Source: an uncultured Candidatus Saccharibacteria bacterium
GTDB taxonomy: Bacteria; Patescibacteriota; Minisyncoccia; Phycocordibacterales; Phycocordibacteraceae
Reading direction: 5' to 3'
Assembly: GCA_964469405.1 (NCBI GenBank)
Contig: CAYXYP010000003.1
Location: forward strand, 2,573 to 66,572
DNA: 64,000 nucleotides
Below the pieces are notes generated by a model. It had not been told where the DNA came from. It made no database searches and saw only the letters and a program-made list of their open reading frames with translations. The position numbers and the translations under genes were made by a program. Below, in pieces: positions 49,207 through 57,686 of the stretch (position 1 is its first letter; each line of letters opens with the position of its first letter).

Positions 49207-50452
49207 TTTGCCGGACGTACCGGGGGTCTATCTCTTTAAACAGGGAAGAAAAGTGTTGTACGTGGGGAAGGCGACCAGCCTTCGGGATCGTGTCCGTTCA
49301 TATTTCGACGATGATCTGATCGCAACACGTGGCCCGCGCTTGGTTGATATGGTGACACGAGCCGATCGAATCACTCACGAGACGACACCGACGGTGCTTG
49401 AGGCTCTGGTGCGCGAGGCTGCTCTTATACGGCTGCATCGGCCACCAGCAAACAGTGGAGGGAAGGATGATAAGACATTTCTGTATGCCGTCATTACGGA
49501 AGAGGAGATTCCTCGAGTTCTCGTTGCACGGGGAAAAGATATTGATTTCAAAACAAAATGCGCGAGCGATGGGCAAAAAATAAAAGCATCGTATGGCCCC
49601 TTTCCATCGGGTGCACAGCTGCGGCAAGGTCTGCGGCTTATACGACGCATCTTTCCATTTTTCGACACGCCGAAACCGATCGGGACGAAGAGTAAGCATC
49701 AGGTGGCAAAAATAGAATTCAATACGCAGATTAAGCAGTATCCAAGGGAGTTTTCAGTAAAGGCGTATGGCCGCACGATACGTCACGTCATGCTTTTCTT
49801 AAGCGGTCGCGGGAAGGAATTGCGCTTGACGCTAGAGAAAGAGATGCGACAGGCCGCCAAAGAAGAACGGTTTGAAGATGCGGGAGATCGACGCCGCGAA
49901 CTTTTCGCGCTCGATCATATACAAGACGTCTCGCTTATCAAGAACGAAAGTATCGAAGACTCGCGAGGGAAACATGGAAGTATTCGTATCGAAGCATTTG
50001 ACACCGCTCATCTTTCGGGAACGAACGCAATCGGAGTGATGACCGTCATCGTCGGTGGTATACCGAGTAAAAAGGACTACAGGACCTTCCGTATCCGTGG
50101 CATGAAGAAAAATGTAGGACGTCGTACGTCCTACATTCAAAATGATGATATTGCTTCGTTAAAAGAGGTTCTTTCGCGACGGCTTGGGCACCCAGAGTGG
50201 CAGTTGCCCTCCGCGATAGTAGTAGATGGCGGTACGACGCATAAAAAAGCTGCAGAGAATGTACTCGCTAATGCGGGCGTCACCATCCCTATAGTTGCAG
50301 TAGTGAAAGACGAGCGACATCGCCCGCGCGAAGTCATTGGTGCCCAGCGCGCGAGTATCACGGAAGCGGAAGCGGTGTTGGCCAATAGTGAAGCGCATCG
50401 ATTCTCTCTTGCACGTCATCGTGCGGCGCGTTCTCGAAATATGCGTGACTAA
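49178..50452 (+). CDS. uvrC: UvrC-like excinuclease subunit (short, 424 aa) with an N-terminal GIY-YIG domain
   Basis: PGVYLFKQGRKVLYVGKATSLRDRVRSYF (GIY-YIG). Overlaps the uvrA end. Roughly 180 aa shorter than canonical UvrC. Confidence 0.7.
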   Translation: MQKSDLQKLNLPDVPGVYLFKQGRKVLYVGKATSLRDRVRSYFDDDLIATRGPRLVDMVTRADRITHETTPTVLEALVREAALIRLHRPPANSGGKDDKTFLYAVITEEEIPRVLVARGKDIDFKTKCASDGQKIKASYGPFPSGAQLRQGLRLIRRIFPFFDTPKPIGTKSKHQVAKIEFNTQIKQYPREFSVKAYGRTIRHVMLFLSGRGKELRLTLEKEMRQAAKEERFEDAGDRRRELFALDHIQDVSLIKNESIEDSRGKHGSIRIEAFDTAHLSGTNAIGVMTVIVGGIPSKKDYRTFRIRGMKKNVGRRTSYIQNDDIASLKEVLSRRLGHPEWQLPSAIVVDGGTTHKKAAENVLANAGVTIPIVAVVKDERHRPREVIGAQRASITEAEAVLANSEAHRFSLARHRAARSRNMRD

Positions 50453-50489
50453 GTAGATATTATTGTCTCGTGTTTGTTATACTAATCGT

Positions 50490-51452
50490 ATGCAAACCAT
50501 TGTCGGTGTGCTTAGAGGAGGGCCATCTTGCGAGCATGAAGTTTCGCTGAAAACAGGTGCCGCAATTCTTGCGAATCTTCCAAGCGATCGATACGTTGCT
50601 CGCGATATTTATATTGATAAAAGTGGTCAGTGGCATGAGCGCGGCAAACCGACTTCTCCCGAGCGTGTATTGCGACAGATTGATGTCGCGCTCATCGGGC
50701 TCCATGGCGAATACGGAGAAGATGGGGAAGTGCAGAGACTCCTCGAATTGTTTGGTGTCCCTTATGCTGGCTCGGATTCTTTCGGTTCTTATCTTGCGAT
50801 GCATAAGCTCATGGCGAAGACTCGTGCGAAAGAGGCGGGATTACTCACGCCGGAGTTCCGTCATATTGAGCGCGTTGAGGATAGTGAGGCTATAGTGCGC
50901 GATGTCATCCAAAATTTTTCCCAGCCCGTTATCGTGAAGCCTGTTGGTTGGGGTTCTTCCGTAGGCGTCTCGGTTGTCGGCGGCTACGTCCCAGTGCTTG
51001 CCGCTGTTGAAGAGCTTTTTGCTAAAGGTGCATCGAATGTCCTCATCGAGGAATATATTCGCGGGAAGGAAGCAACCGTTGGTGTTGTTGAAGGTCTGCG
51101 AGGCGAGGCGCTGTATGCACTCCCTTCGGTCGAGGTTATTCCGCCTGAAGGAGATATTCTATCTTACGGCGCTAAGTATTCAGGCAAAATGCGTCAAGCC
51201 TGTCCCGGCCATTTTTCCCGTGTAGCTGCGGAGGAATTGCAGCGTGCTGCAAAGGTTATGCATCGTGCTTTGGGACTGCGCCACTATTCGCGTAGCGATT
51301 TTATCGTTTCCCCAAAGGGTGTGTATTATTTAGAGACTAATACGCTCCCGGGACTTATGAAAGAGTCGCTTATGCCGAGGTCTCTCTCAGCTGTCGGTGT
51401 CCCGTTTCCCGACTTCTTAGGGCATCTGGTCAATTTGGCGCGCTCGCGCTAA
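50490..51452 (+). CDS. ddl: D-alanine--D-alanine ligase
   Basis: VLRGGPSCEHEVSLKTG (the GGxSxEHEVSL motif) and an ATP-grasp C-terminal half. Confidence 0.9.
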   Translation: MQTIVGVLRGGPSCEHEVSLKTGAAILANLPSDRYVARDIYIDKSGQWHERGKPTSPERVLRQIDVALIGLHGEYGEDGEVQRLLELFGVPYAGSDSFGSYLAMHKLMAKTRAKEAGLLTPEFRHIERVEDSEAIVRDVIQNFSQPVIVKPVGWGSSVGVSVVGGYVPVLAAVEELFAKGASNVLIEEYIRGKEATVGVVEGLRGEALYALPSVEVIPPEGDILSYGAKYSGKMRQACPGHFSRVAAEELQRAAKVMHRALGLRHYSRSDFIVSPKGVYYLETNTLPGLMKESLMPRSLSAVGVPFPDFLGHLVNLARSR

Positions 51453-51551
51453 AATCGATAGAAGGGCACTCATATCGATTTCTTGCACCGATATGATATC
51501 CTCGCACGGAGGGAAAGAAATCGAGGGTCCTCGTTTCTCTCGTCCTCGCTC

Positions 51552-51624
51552 GGGCCCATAGCTCAATCGGTAGAGCGCCTCATTTGCAATGAGGAGGTAG
51601 CCGGTTCGAAACCGGCTGGGTCCA
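51552..51624 (+). tRNA. tRNA-Cys (anticodon GCA)
   Basis: GGGCCCATAGCTCAATCGGTAGAGCGCCTCATTTGCAATGAGGAGGTAGCCGGTTCGAAACCGGCTGGGTCCA. Anticodon loop TTTGCAA. Acceptor stem has one G-U pair. Confidence 0.85.
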
Positions 51625-51669
51625 CACACAGTAAAAAACCTCCAGCAGTGGAGGTTTTTTACTGTGTGT
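51625..51669. terminator. Long A/T-flanked hairpin (bidirectional terminator) after tRNA-Cys
   Basis: CACACAGTAAAAAACCTCCAGCAGTGGAGGTTTTTTACTGTGTG, an extended palindrome. Confidence 0.7.
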
Positions 51670-51675
51670 GGAAAG

Positions 51676-51766
51676 CGGAGTCATGTTTTCGCGCTAGCAA
51701 AAACAGACGAGCTAGGGTCGTGCAATTTTGAGCACGACGGTGCTCACAATATCCCTGACCACAAAA
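51676..51766 (+). repeat. tRNA-linked repeat element, copy A (ends ...CCCTGACCACAAAATT)
   Basis: Aligns over about 90 nt with 53398-53482 and partly with 55745-55822. Shared blocks are ATGTTTT, GCAAAAAC/GACAAAAC, GGGTCGTG, AATTTTGAG, GACG(A/G)CG and TGACCACAA. Confidence 0.6.
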
Positions 51767-53152
51767 TTACCAACCAAAGAGTTTGCTGACGTCTTCAGGT
51801 TGTTCCCGTTTCCGAGCGATTTTGAGCTCCCCGTTGCTTGCGATAAGTTTTACCGGGCTTGAAAGCAGACAGTGGTGCGATGCGAGAGGGTCCTGGTATG
51901 CGCCAGTGTCAAGGACTGCTATATACAGTTCCTCAAGTTGTTTAATATCAGGAAGGGGAATATAGGTACCGCCAGCAGAGTAAATGTCGTCACTGTCGCA
52001 CGAAGAGCCAGCAAGCCAGCATTTCTTCAGTTTCCGGCTATGCATCGCATTGACGGGTACGATATGCCAACGTTGATGAATCGCCCATGTGTCGATGAGG
52101 TCGTTCATAAAACTTCCATCGATGACATACCAGCTTCTGCCCGACTTCATCTCGATGTTTTTTTCGGCAAGAATTTTATATATAGTTATCTGTGCCGGGG
52201 CAGCAACGTACCTACCCCACTCGATGATGATATTCGGGTGCTTGACCTCCCATTTGTCCGAATAGGCTTTAGATGTTTTTATGATTCGCTGGATTAATGT
52301 TTTGGCGGTGTAGAATCGCTTTTTTTCATAGGGGATGCCTGCGCCTCCTCCGATATCAAGTGTATCGAGGCCCGGGTTCTTTTTCCGCAACTCTTTGTAT
52401 AGCCAGAGCCCGCGCTTGAGAGCTGTAAGGATGCCGTTGACTGATTCAATCTGGCTTGAGACGTGATAATGGAGGATAGAAAGATTTCGTACTTTGCCCA
52501 GTTCCAGGAGTTCTTCCTCAGTGAATCCAAATCGATTGAATTTTTTATCCCAATGGCCATCAATTTTGACGTTCAGACTTACACGGATGCCAACGGGCCC
52601 GCTGAATTTCTTCATGCGCTCAAGCTCGTTGTAGTCTTCAATGATTGGTATAACGTGGAGTCCTTTCCCGCGGAGTTCTTCTATGAGATCCATATACTGT
52701 GGAGTTTTAGGCCCGTTGCAGGTAACACGAATTTTCATGTTGAAATGCTCTTTTTCAATCATGCGTTTTACGATATATAGCTCGTTTGCGCTTGAGACGT
52801 CGAGATTCGCACCTTCAGCGACTGCCGGAAGAACGTATTCCCGGTTTTGGTTAACTTTCATTGGATAGTGATATTGGAACTTCCCTTTATATTCGAGAAT
52901 TTTTATATAGGCATTGAAAGTGTCAATGAGATCACGCACTCGATTCTCAATGATGGTAGGGAAGACTATCTCAGCCGAGGTGCCGTATTTTTTTACTATA
53001 TCGTAGATGTTGTATTGGTAGTTTCCTTCACGGACAATAAGTTCACCATCAGAATTAACATCAAACTGCCCGGTATTGAATTCTTCAATACCGAGTTTCC
53101 AAAAACGTCTGAATCCGTTTTTATGGGTGGAATTTTTTTTTGATTTGAACAT
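51767..53152 (-). CDS. PLP-dependent decarboxylase, fold type III (arginine/ornithine/DAP decarboxylase family; arginine decarboxylase-like)
   Basis: YPMKVNQNREYVLPAVAEGANLDVSSANEL (PLP-binding region, Y-x-K-x-N) and GSSCDSDD near the C-terminus. Confidence 0.7.
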   Translation of the reverse strand: MFKSKKNSTHKNGFRRFWKLGIEEFNTGQFDVNSDGELIVREGNYQYNIYDIVKKYGTSAEIVFPTIIENRVRDLIDTFNAYIKILEYKGKFQYHYPMKVNQNREYVLPAVAEGANLDVSSANELYIVKRMIEKEHFNMKIRVTCNGPKTPQYMDLIEELRGKGLHVIPIIEDYNELERMKKFSGPVGIRVSLNVKIDGHWDKKFNRFGFTEEELLELGKVRNLSILHYHVSSQIESVNGILTALKRGLWLYKELRKKNPGLDTLDIGGGAGIPYEKKRFYTAKTLIQRIIKTSKAYSDKWEVKHPNIIIEWGRYVAAPAQITIYKILAEKNIEMKSGRSWYVIDGSFMNDLIDTWAIHQRWHIVPVNAMHSRKLKKCWLAGSSCDSDDIYSAGGTYIPLPDIKQLEELYIAVLDTGAYQDPLASHHCLLSSPVKLIASNGELKIARKREQPEDVSKLFGW

Positions 53153-53279
53153 TGGTATGGTGGGGATTGTAGCACCAAGTGGCGTAAAAAAGTCTATAAA
53201 CTACTTTTAATCGAACATGGCGAGATACTCGTAATGTATATGGGAATCCGACCTTGCATCTGATATGGTAATCGTGTCC

Positions 53280-53353
53280 GCGCTCTTAGCTCAGTTGGTT
53301 AGAGCGTCCGCCTCACACGCGGAAGGTCGCAAGTTCGAATCTTGCAGAGCGCA
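53280..53353 (+). tRNA. tRNA-Val (anticodon CAC). Coordinates are +/-1 because of a display/ORF-track offset in this region.
   Basis: GCGCTCTTAGCTCAGTTGGTTAGAGCGTCCGCCTCACACGCGGAAGGTCGCAAGTTCGAATCTTGCAGAGCGCA. The canonical form was reconstructed using the ORF-track translations, which imply one C at positions I read as CC/missing C at two line breaks. Confidence 0.7.
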
Positions 53354-53397
53354 CAAGCAAGCAAAAGCAAACGGCTTTGCTTGTTTGTGCGCGTCGG

Positions 53398-53482
53398 AAC
53401 GATGTTTTGTCAGCAGACAAAACCGCGAGGCTGGGTCGTGAAAATTTGTGAGTGACGACGAGCAAATTATTCTTGACCACAA
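53398..53482 (+). repeat. tRNA-linked repeat element, copy B (ends ...CTTGACCACAAGGG)
   Basis: Same element as 51676-51766. It lies about 45 nt downstream of tRNA-Val, after an A-rich hairpin (GCACAAGCAAGCAAAAGCAAACGGCTTTGCTTGTTTGTGC). Confidence 0.6.
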
Positions 53483-53634
53483 GGGAGGCGTTTTGTGTCG
53501 GGCCGCCGTATGCCGGTAGTATCCAGTAGGTGATTGCGCTCAATCACGCTCGTAGCACGTATGTAACATGAAATCGGGGTGTGTTCGAAGCGATTGCTTC
53601 TTACACACCCCGATGTAAATCAATACAATATAGA

Positions 53635-53910
53635 TTATCGAGACTTTCTCTCATGAGGGCCGTACGTCCCATCCGAAGTTCTCATTTCTAGGGTTCCTTC
53701 GAGGTGGTGTCCTCCTTTTGCGTACACATTCTTTCCACAAGTTGTACAGGTAATCATATGCACTTTATCGCATGCCTCATCGTATACCAGAGTGGTCCCG
53801 AGTATTTGGGATTTGCATTTAGGACACAGTCCGGTCGTTTGATAGAAAAACCAATCTTCATCGAGAAGTCCGATACTTTCTCGCATGAGATCTGGTGGAA
53901 TGTTTTCCAT
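53635..53910 (-). CDS. Hypothetical zinc-ribbon protein (CxxC...CxxC)
   Basis: GLCPKCKS...ITCTTCGKNV forms a 4-Cys zinc-ribbon arrangement. 91 aa. Confidence 0.45.
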   Translation of the reverse strand: MENIPPDLMRESIGLLDEDWFFYQTTGLCPKCKSQILGTTLVYDEACDKVHMITCTTCGKNVYAKGGHHLEGTLEMRTSDGTYGPHERKSR

Positions 53911-54038
53911 GTGGAGCCCTCCTCTTCCTCGAATGGTAAGTTGATATAAGCACTCTATCTTCTATCTGATGACAATATATAGCACATTGATGAATTTCCT
54001 CAAGGGAGTTTTGATTGTTTGCTATACTCTCCACCACT

Positions 54039-55337
54039 ATGAGATCAAACATTGTTCATCCAGGAGCCAATAAGCTCCGATACGAAATACGAGAGATCGT
54101 CACGGTTGCGAAGCGAGTCGCGCTCTCGGGTATACCGATTGTGTGGGAAAATATCGGTGATCCTGTTGCCAAGGGGGAAGTGCCTCCTGAGTGGATGAAG
54201 AAAATAATCAAGGATACCCTCAAGGAGGATATGAGCTTCGCCTACTCACCAACCAAGGGTCTCGATGAGACTCGTGTTTACATCGCACGGGAACGAAACT
54301 TGGAGGGAGGTATACAGATAACTCCCGACGACATACTGTTCTTCAACGGTCTCGGAGATGGTATTTCCCACCTCTACCGAAACCTGAATCCCCAGGCGCG
54401 GATACTGGGTCCTGATCCTGCTTATCCGACACATTCTTCTGCCGAAGCAGCTCATGCAAATAAGCCCCATATCACGTATCGTCTTGATCCCGAGAATGAA
54501 TGGCGACCGGATCTTGCTGATATGGAGAAAAAAATACGAACGCACAAGCATATCGTCGGTATTCTCATCGTGAATCCGGATAATCCAACCGGTTTTGTGT
54601 ACCCTCAAGAAACGATACGAGCTATCGTCGCACTTGCTAAGAAATACAAACTCTTCCTTATTTCTGATGAGATTTATTCAAATCTTGCATATGAGGGAAG
54701 TGGTATGCGCAAACTCGCTTCAGTCGTAGGTATGGTTCCTGGCATCGCCATGCGTGGAATCTCAAAGGAATTTCCATGGCCGGGCGCGCGGTGTGGATGG
54801 GTTGAGTTCTATAATCGGGATAAGGACAAAGATTTTGATCGTTACGCGCGCTCCATCATGGATGCAAAAATGCTCGAGGTATGTTCAACAACACTCCCGC
54901 AAAAAGTTTTACCGAAAGTGATGGGGGATGCACGGTACTATCCCTATCTGGCGACGCGGGCACGTCGCTACGAAGAGCGCGCAGAGTATGCACATGCAAT
55001 ACTCTCCAAAATTCCAAATATGATCGTTCATAAACCGCGCGGCGCGTTTTATATGACGTGTGTATTCCGGCAGGGATCTCTCAAGAAGTATCAAACACTT
55101 CCCGTGCGAAAGGATTTAAAAAAGTTCATTGATTTTTGTTTGACGAAGGCTTCTCCAGATAAGCGCTTCGTGTACTACCTATTGGCGTCTACGGGTGTGT
55201 GTGTCGTCCCACTCTCCTCCGGTTTCAATTCGTCCCTTCAAGGGTTCCGATTCTTGCTGTTAGAGCAAGATATCGAGCGATTTAAAAAAACTATACATAC
55301 GATAGCGAAGGCTATTTCTGATTTCAACGCGTCTTGA
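54039..55337 (+). CDS. Class I/II PLP-dependent aminotransferase (alanine aminotransferase-like)
   Basis: N-terminus IREIVTVAKRVALSGIPIVWENIGDPVAKG resembles AlaA-type aminotransferases. The PLP-lysine region GISKEFPWPGARCGW is present. Confidence 0.7.
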   Translation: MRSNIVHPGANKLRYEIREIVTVAKRVALSGIPIVWENIGDPVAKGEVPPEWMKKIIKDTLKEDMSFAYSPTKGLDETRVYIARERNLEGGIQITPDDILFFNGLGDGISHLYRNLNPQARILGPDPAYPTHSSAEAAHANKPHITYRLDPENEWRPDLADMEKKIRTHKHIVGILIVNPDNPTGFVYPQETIRAIVALAKKYKLFLISDEIYSNLAYEGSGMRKLASVVGMVPGIAMRGISKEFPWPGARCGWVEFYNRDKDKDFDRYARSIMDAKMLEVCSTTLPQKVLPKVMGDARYYPYLATRARRYEERAEYAHAILSKIPNMIVHKPRGAFYMTCVFRQGSLKKYQTLPVRKDLKKFIDFCLTKASPDKRFVYYLLASTGVCVVPLSSGFNSSLQGFRFLLLEQDIERFKKTIHTIAKAISDFNAS

Positions 55338-55340
55338 CGA

Positions 55341-55392
55341 ATTACAAAGGAGAAAGACTGATCGAGCGATCAGTCTTTCTCCTTTGTAATTC
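55341..55392 (+). terminator. Rho-independent terminator (23-bp perfect stem)
   Basis: ATTACAAAGGAGAAAGACTGATCG-AGC-GATCAGTCTTTCTCCTTTGTAAT. Confidence 0.8.
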
Positions 55393-55744
55393 GCGTCGGA
55401 ATTTTCTCATTCAGAAAATTCCGACGCACATGGTAAAATGTTCTGCGTAAAAGATTCATAAAAAGGGGTTTATATAGAAATGCCTATATAAACCCTTCGT
55501 TTGGAGAGAATAATCACAATAAGACTTGTGTTATTCTTCCTTCACTCAGGGCCTATAGTAAAGCGGTATTACGACGCCATGGCATGGCGTAAGTCGGGGT
55601 TCGAGCTTGGTAGTATAGAGTCACAAAAACAACGAGCGAAGCGACTATGTTTTTGTAGGCTCCCGATTTTCAGATCGAGTCTTCGAGATATTGAAAATCG
55701 CAGTCCCCGTAGGGGAATGCCGCGCGGGTACCCGCGGCCCCACT

Positions 55745-55822
55745 AACATGTGACCGAGAGGAGTCGGACCGCGGGCCGTAGGTTTCGAGCGACGGCGAAA
55801 GAATTATCTGTGACCACAAAAA
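55745..55822 (+). repeat. tRNA-linked repeat element, copy C (ends ...CTGTGACCACAAAAATT), with an embedded tRNA-3'-end-like fragment
   Basis: GAGCGACGGCGAAAGAATTATCTGTGACCACAAAAATT aligns with the 3' halves of copies A and B. The reverse complement of 55757-55790 (GGCCCGCGGTCCGACTCCTCTCGG) matches 7636-7660 next to tRNA-Trp. Confidence 0.5.
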
Positions 55823-55842
55823 TTAAGCTATACTTTACCCAC

Positions 55843-56244
55843 ATGCTACAAGAATTCAAACAATTTTTGCTTCGCGGGAATGTCGTTGATCTAGCGGTTG
55901 GTGTCGTAATCGGTGCTGCATTTGGTACGGTTGTGAGCGCACTCGTGTCCGATCTACTCACTCCGCTCATTGCGGCAATCGCAAAGGTGCCAGATTTTGG
56001 AGGACTCGCGATCACGCTGAATGGAAGTAAGTTTATGTACGGTCATTTTATAAACGCCGTTATTTCCTTCGTGCTGGTCGCGAGCGCCGTCTTCTTCTTT
56101 GTGGTAAAGCCGATGAACGTTCTCATCACTCGCTCACGCAGGGAGCCACCGGCAGACCCGACGACGAAGAAATGCCCAGAATGTATGAGCGAGATTCCGC
56201 TCTCCGCAAGACGGTGCATGCACTGCACCCAGGTAGTTGTCTAA
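55843..56244 (+). CDS. mscL: Large-conductance mechanosensitive channel MscL with a C-terminal zinc-ribbon-like tail
   Basis: FKQFLLRGNVVDLAVGVVIGAAFGTVVSALVSDLLTPLI is the MscL TM1 signature. The C-terminus is CPECMSEIPLSARRCMHC. Confidence 0.85.
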   Translation: MLQEFKQFLLRGNVVDLAVGVVIGAAFGTVVSALVSDLLTPLIAAIAKVPDFGGLAITLNGSKFMYGHFINAVISFVLVASAVFFFVVKPMNVLITRSRREPPADPTTKKCPECMSEIPLSARRCMHCTQVVV

Positions 56245-56254
56245 AAGATGTATA

Positions 56255-56290
56255 CAAAACAAAACCCGCTTTAAGCGGGTTTTGTTTTGT
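56255..56290. terminator. Bidirectional terminator hairpin between mscL and the SWIB gene
   Basis: CAAAACAAAACCCGCTTTAAGCGGGTTTTGTTTTG. Confidence 0.75.
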
Positions 56291-56306
56291 AAATGCTCTC
56301 TATGGT

Positions 56307-56555
56307 CTAACTCAAATGTGGTGAAACGAGTTTCGTCATCTCAAACATCGTCACTTCGCCTTTGCCACCGAATATTGCCTTCAACTTGTCATCAGCAAGA
56401 ATGTTTCGCTTGTTCTTAGGATTCTGAAGATCATGCTTCTTGATGTATACCCAAAGCTGCTTGACTACTTCGGTTCTCGGCATCGGACCTTTGCCGACGA
56501 CCGCCTCCAATTCAGGAGAAAGTGTAAGCGGTTTTGATAATGCTGAATTTGCCAT
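56307..56555 (-). CDS. SWIB/MDM2 domain protein
   Basis: LSPELEAVVGKGPMPRTEVVKQLWVYIKKHDLQNPKNKRNILADDKLKAIFGGKGEVTMFEMTKLVSPHL matches the SWIB consensus along its whole length. Confidence 0.8.
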   Translation of the reverse strand: MANSALSKPLTLSPELEAVVGKGPMPRTEVVKQLWVYIKKHDLQNPKNKRNILADDKLKAIFGGKGEVTMFEMTKLVSPHLS

Positions 56556-56629
56556 AGTGAATGTAATTCTGTTAATACTAAAGGGACTGACCTAGTATAT
56601 AGCATACTTTTGGGGCCATCTGCTACAAT

Positions 56630-57436
56630 GTGCACATGCACGAGGGGATCTCAATCCATTTGGCGCCTTTGGCGCTTTTTCATATTGGGACTATTTCTGT
56701 GACGAATACTTTTCTGACGGCGCTTACGGTTTCCATACTGCTCATACTTTTCGCCTTTTTTGCCACTCGCGCACTTACATTAAAACCTTCTGGTTTCCAG
56801 GCAATTCTGGAATTGCTGATTACGTACCCATACGATTTCGTGCGTGACACATTGGGGAACGACCGTCTTGCCGAGCGCATGTTTCCGGTCATCATGACGA
56901 TTTTCCTTTTCGTGCTATCCGTAAATTGGTTTGGTCTCTTGCCGTTTGTCGCTTCCATCGGCATACACGCAAGCGTTCAGGGCATTTCAGAGTTCATTCC
57001 ATTCTTCTACCCAGGAGCTACGGATCTCAACATGACGCTCGCGCTCGCGATTATCGCTTTCTTTACCATTGAGATTGCCGGTATCGTTACGCTCGGCGCA
57101 TTGAAATATGCTGGGAAATTCATTACCTTTAAATCACCCCTTGCGTTTGTGGTGGGGATAATCGAACTCATCTCCGAGCTCGTGCGACTTATTTCGTTTT
57201 CATTTCGTCTTTTCGGCAATATCTTCGCGGGGAAAGTTCTTGTGCTGGTCATCATGCTCTTCGTCCCTATGATTCTCCCCGTGCCTTTTCTTGCGTTTGA
57301 AACTTTCGTGGGATTCATTCAGGCAGCAATCTTTGCGCTACTAACGCTCTTCTTTACGAAGATCGCCATTGAATTGCACGAAGAGGAGCATTCCTCGCCG
57401 GTCCCCTCTGGCGAAAAGGTGCATTTAACAATATAA
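56630..57436 (+). CDS. atpB: ATP synthase F0 subunit a
   Basis: Multi-TM. FRLFGNIFAGKVLVLVIM contains the conserved Arg of subunit a. Confidence 0.85.
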   Translation: MHMHEGISIHLAPLALFHIGTISVTNTFLTALTVSILLILFAFFATRALTLKPSGFQAILELLITYPYDFVRDTLGNDRLAERMFPVIMTIFLFVLSVNWFGLLPFVASIGIHASVQGISEFIPFFYPGATDLNMTLALAIIAFFTIEIAGIVTLGALKYAGKFITFKSPLAFVVGIIELISELVRLISFSFRLFGNIFAGKVLVLVIMLFVPMILPVPFLAFETFVGFIQAAIFALLTLFFTKIAIELHEEEHSSPVPSGEKVHLTI

Positions 57437-57673
<237 letters not shown>

Positions 57674-57686
57674 TCTCGGGTAATTC

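Noticed and set aside
53279-53345. Apparent two-bp mismatch at the top of the tRNA-Val acceptor stem and an 8-nt T-loop
   Set aside because: The ORF-track translations on the opposite strand (FELATFRV, RASRVLLC) require a single C where I read CC at the 53340/53341 line break. They also imply one more base near 53280/53281. With those corrections the tRNA is fully canonical, so the anomaly is attributed to a reading/coordinate offset and not to a pseudogene. Coordinates between about 53281 and 53700 are therefore uncertain by 1 nt.
51740-55830. TGACCACAA as a -35-type promoter element
   Set aside because: Only the mscL copy has a plausible downstream -10 (TATACT). The spacing there is about 13 nt instead of about 17. 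The other two copies face the ends of minus-strand genes. A promoter explanation does not fit all three copies, so the motif is reported as part of a repeat element instead.
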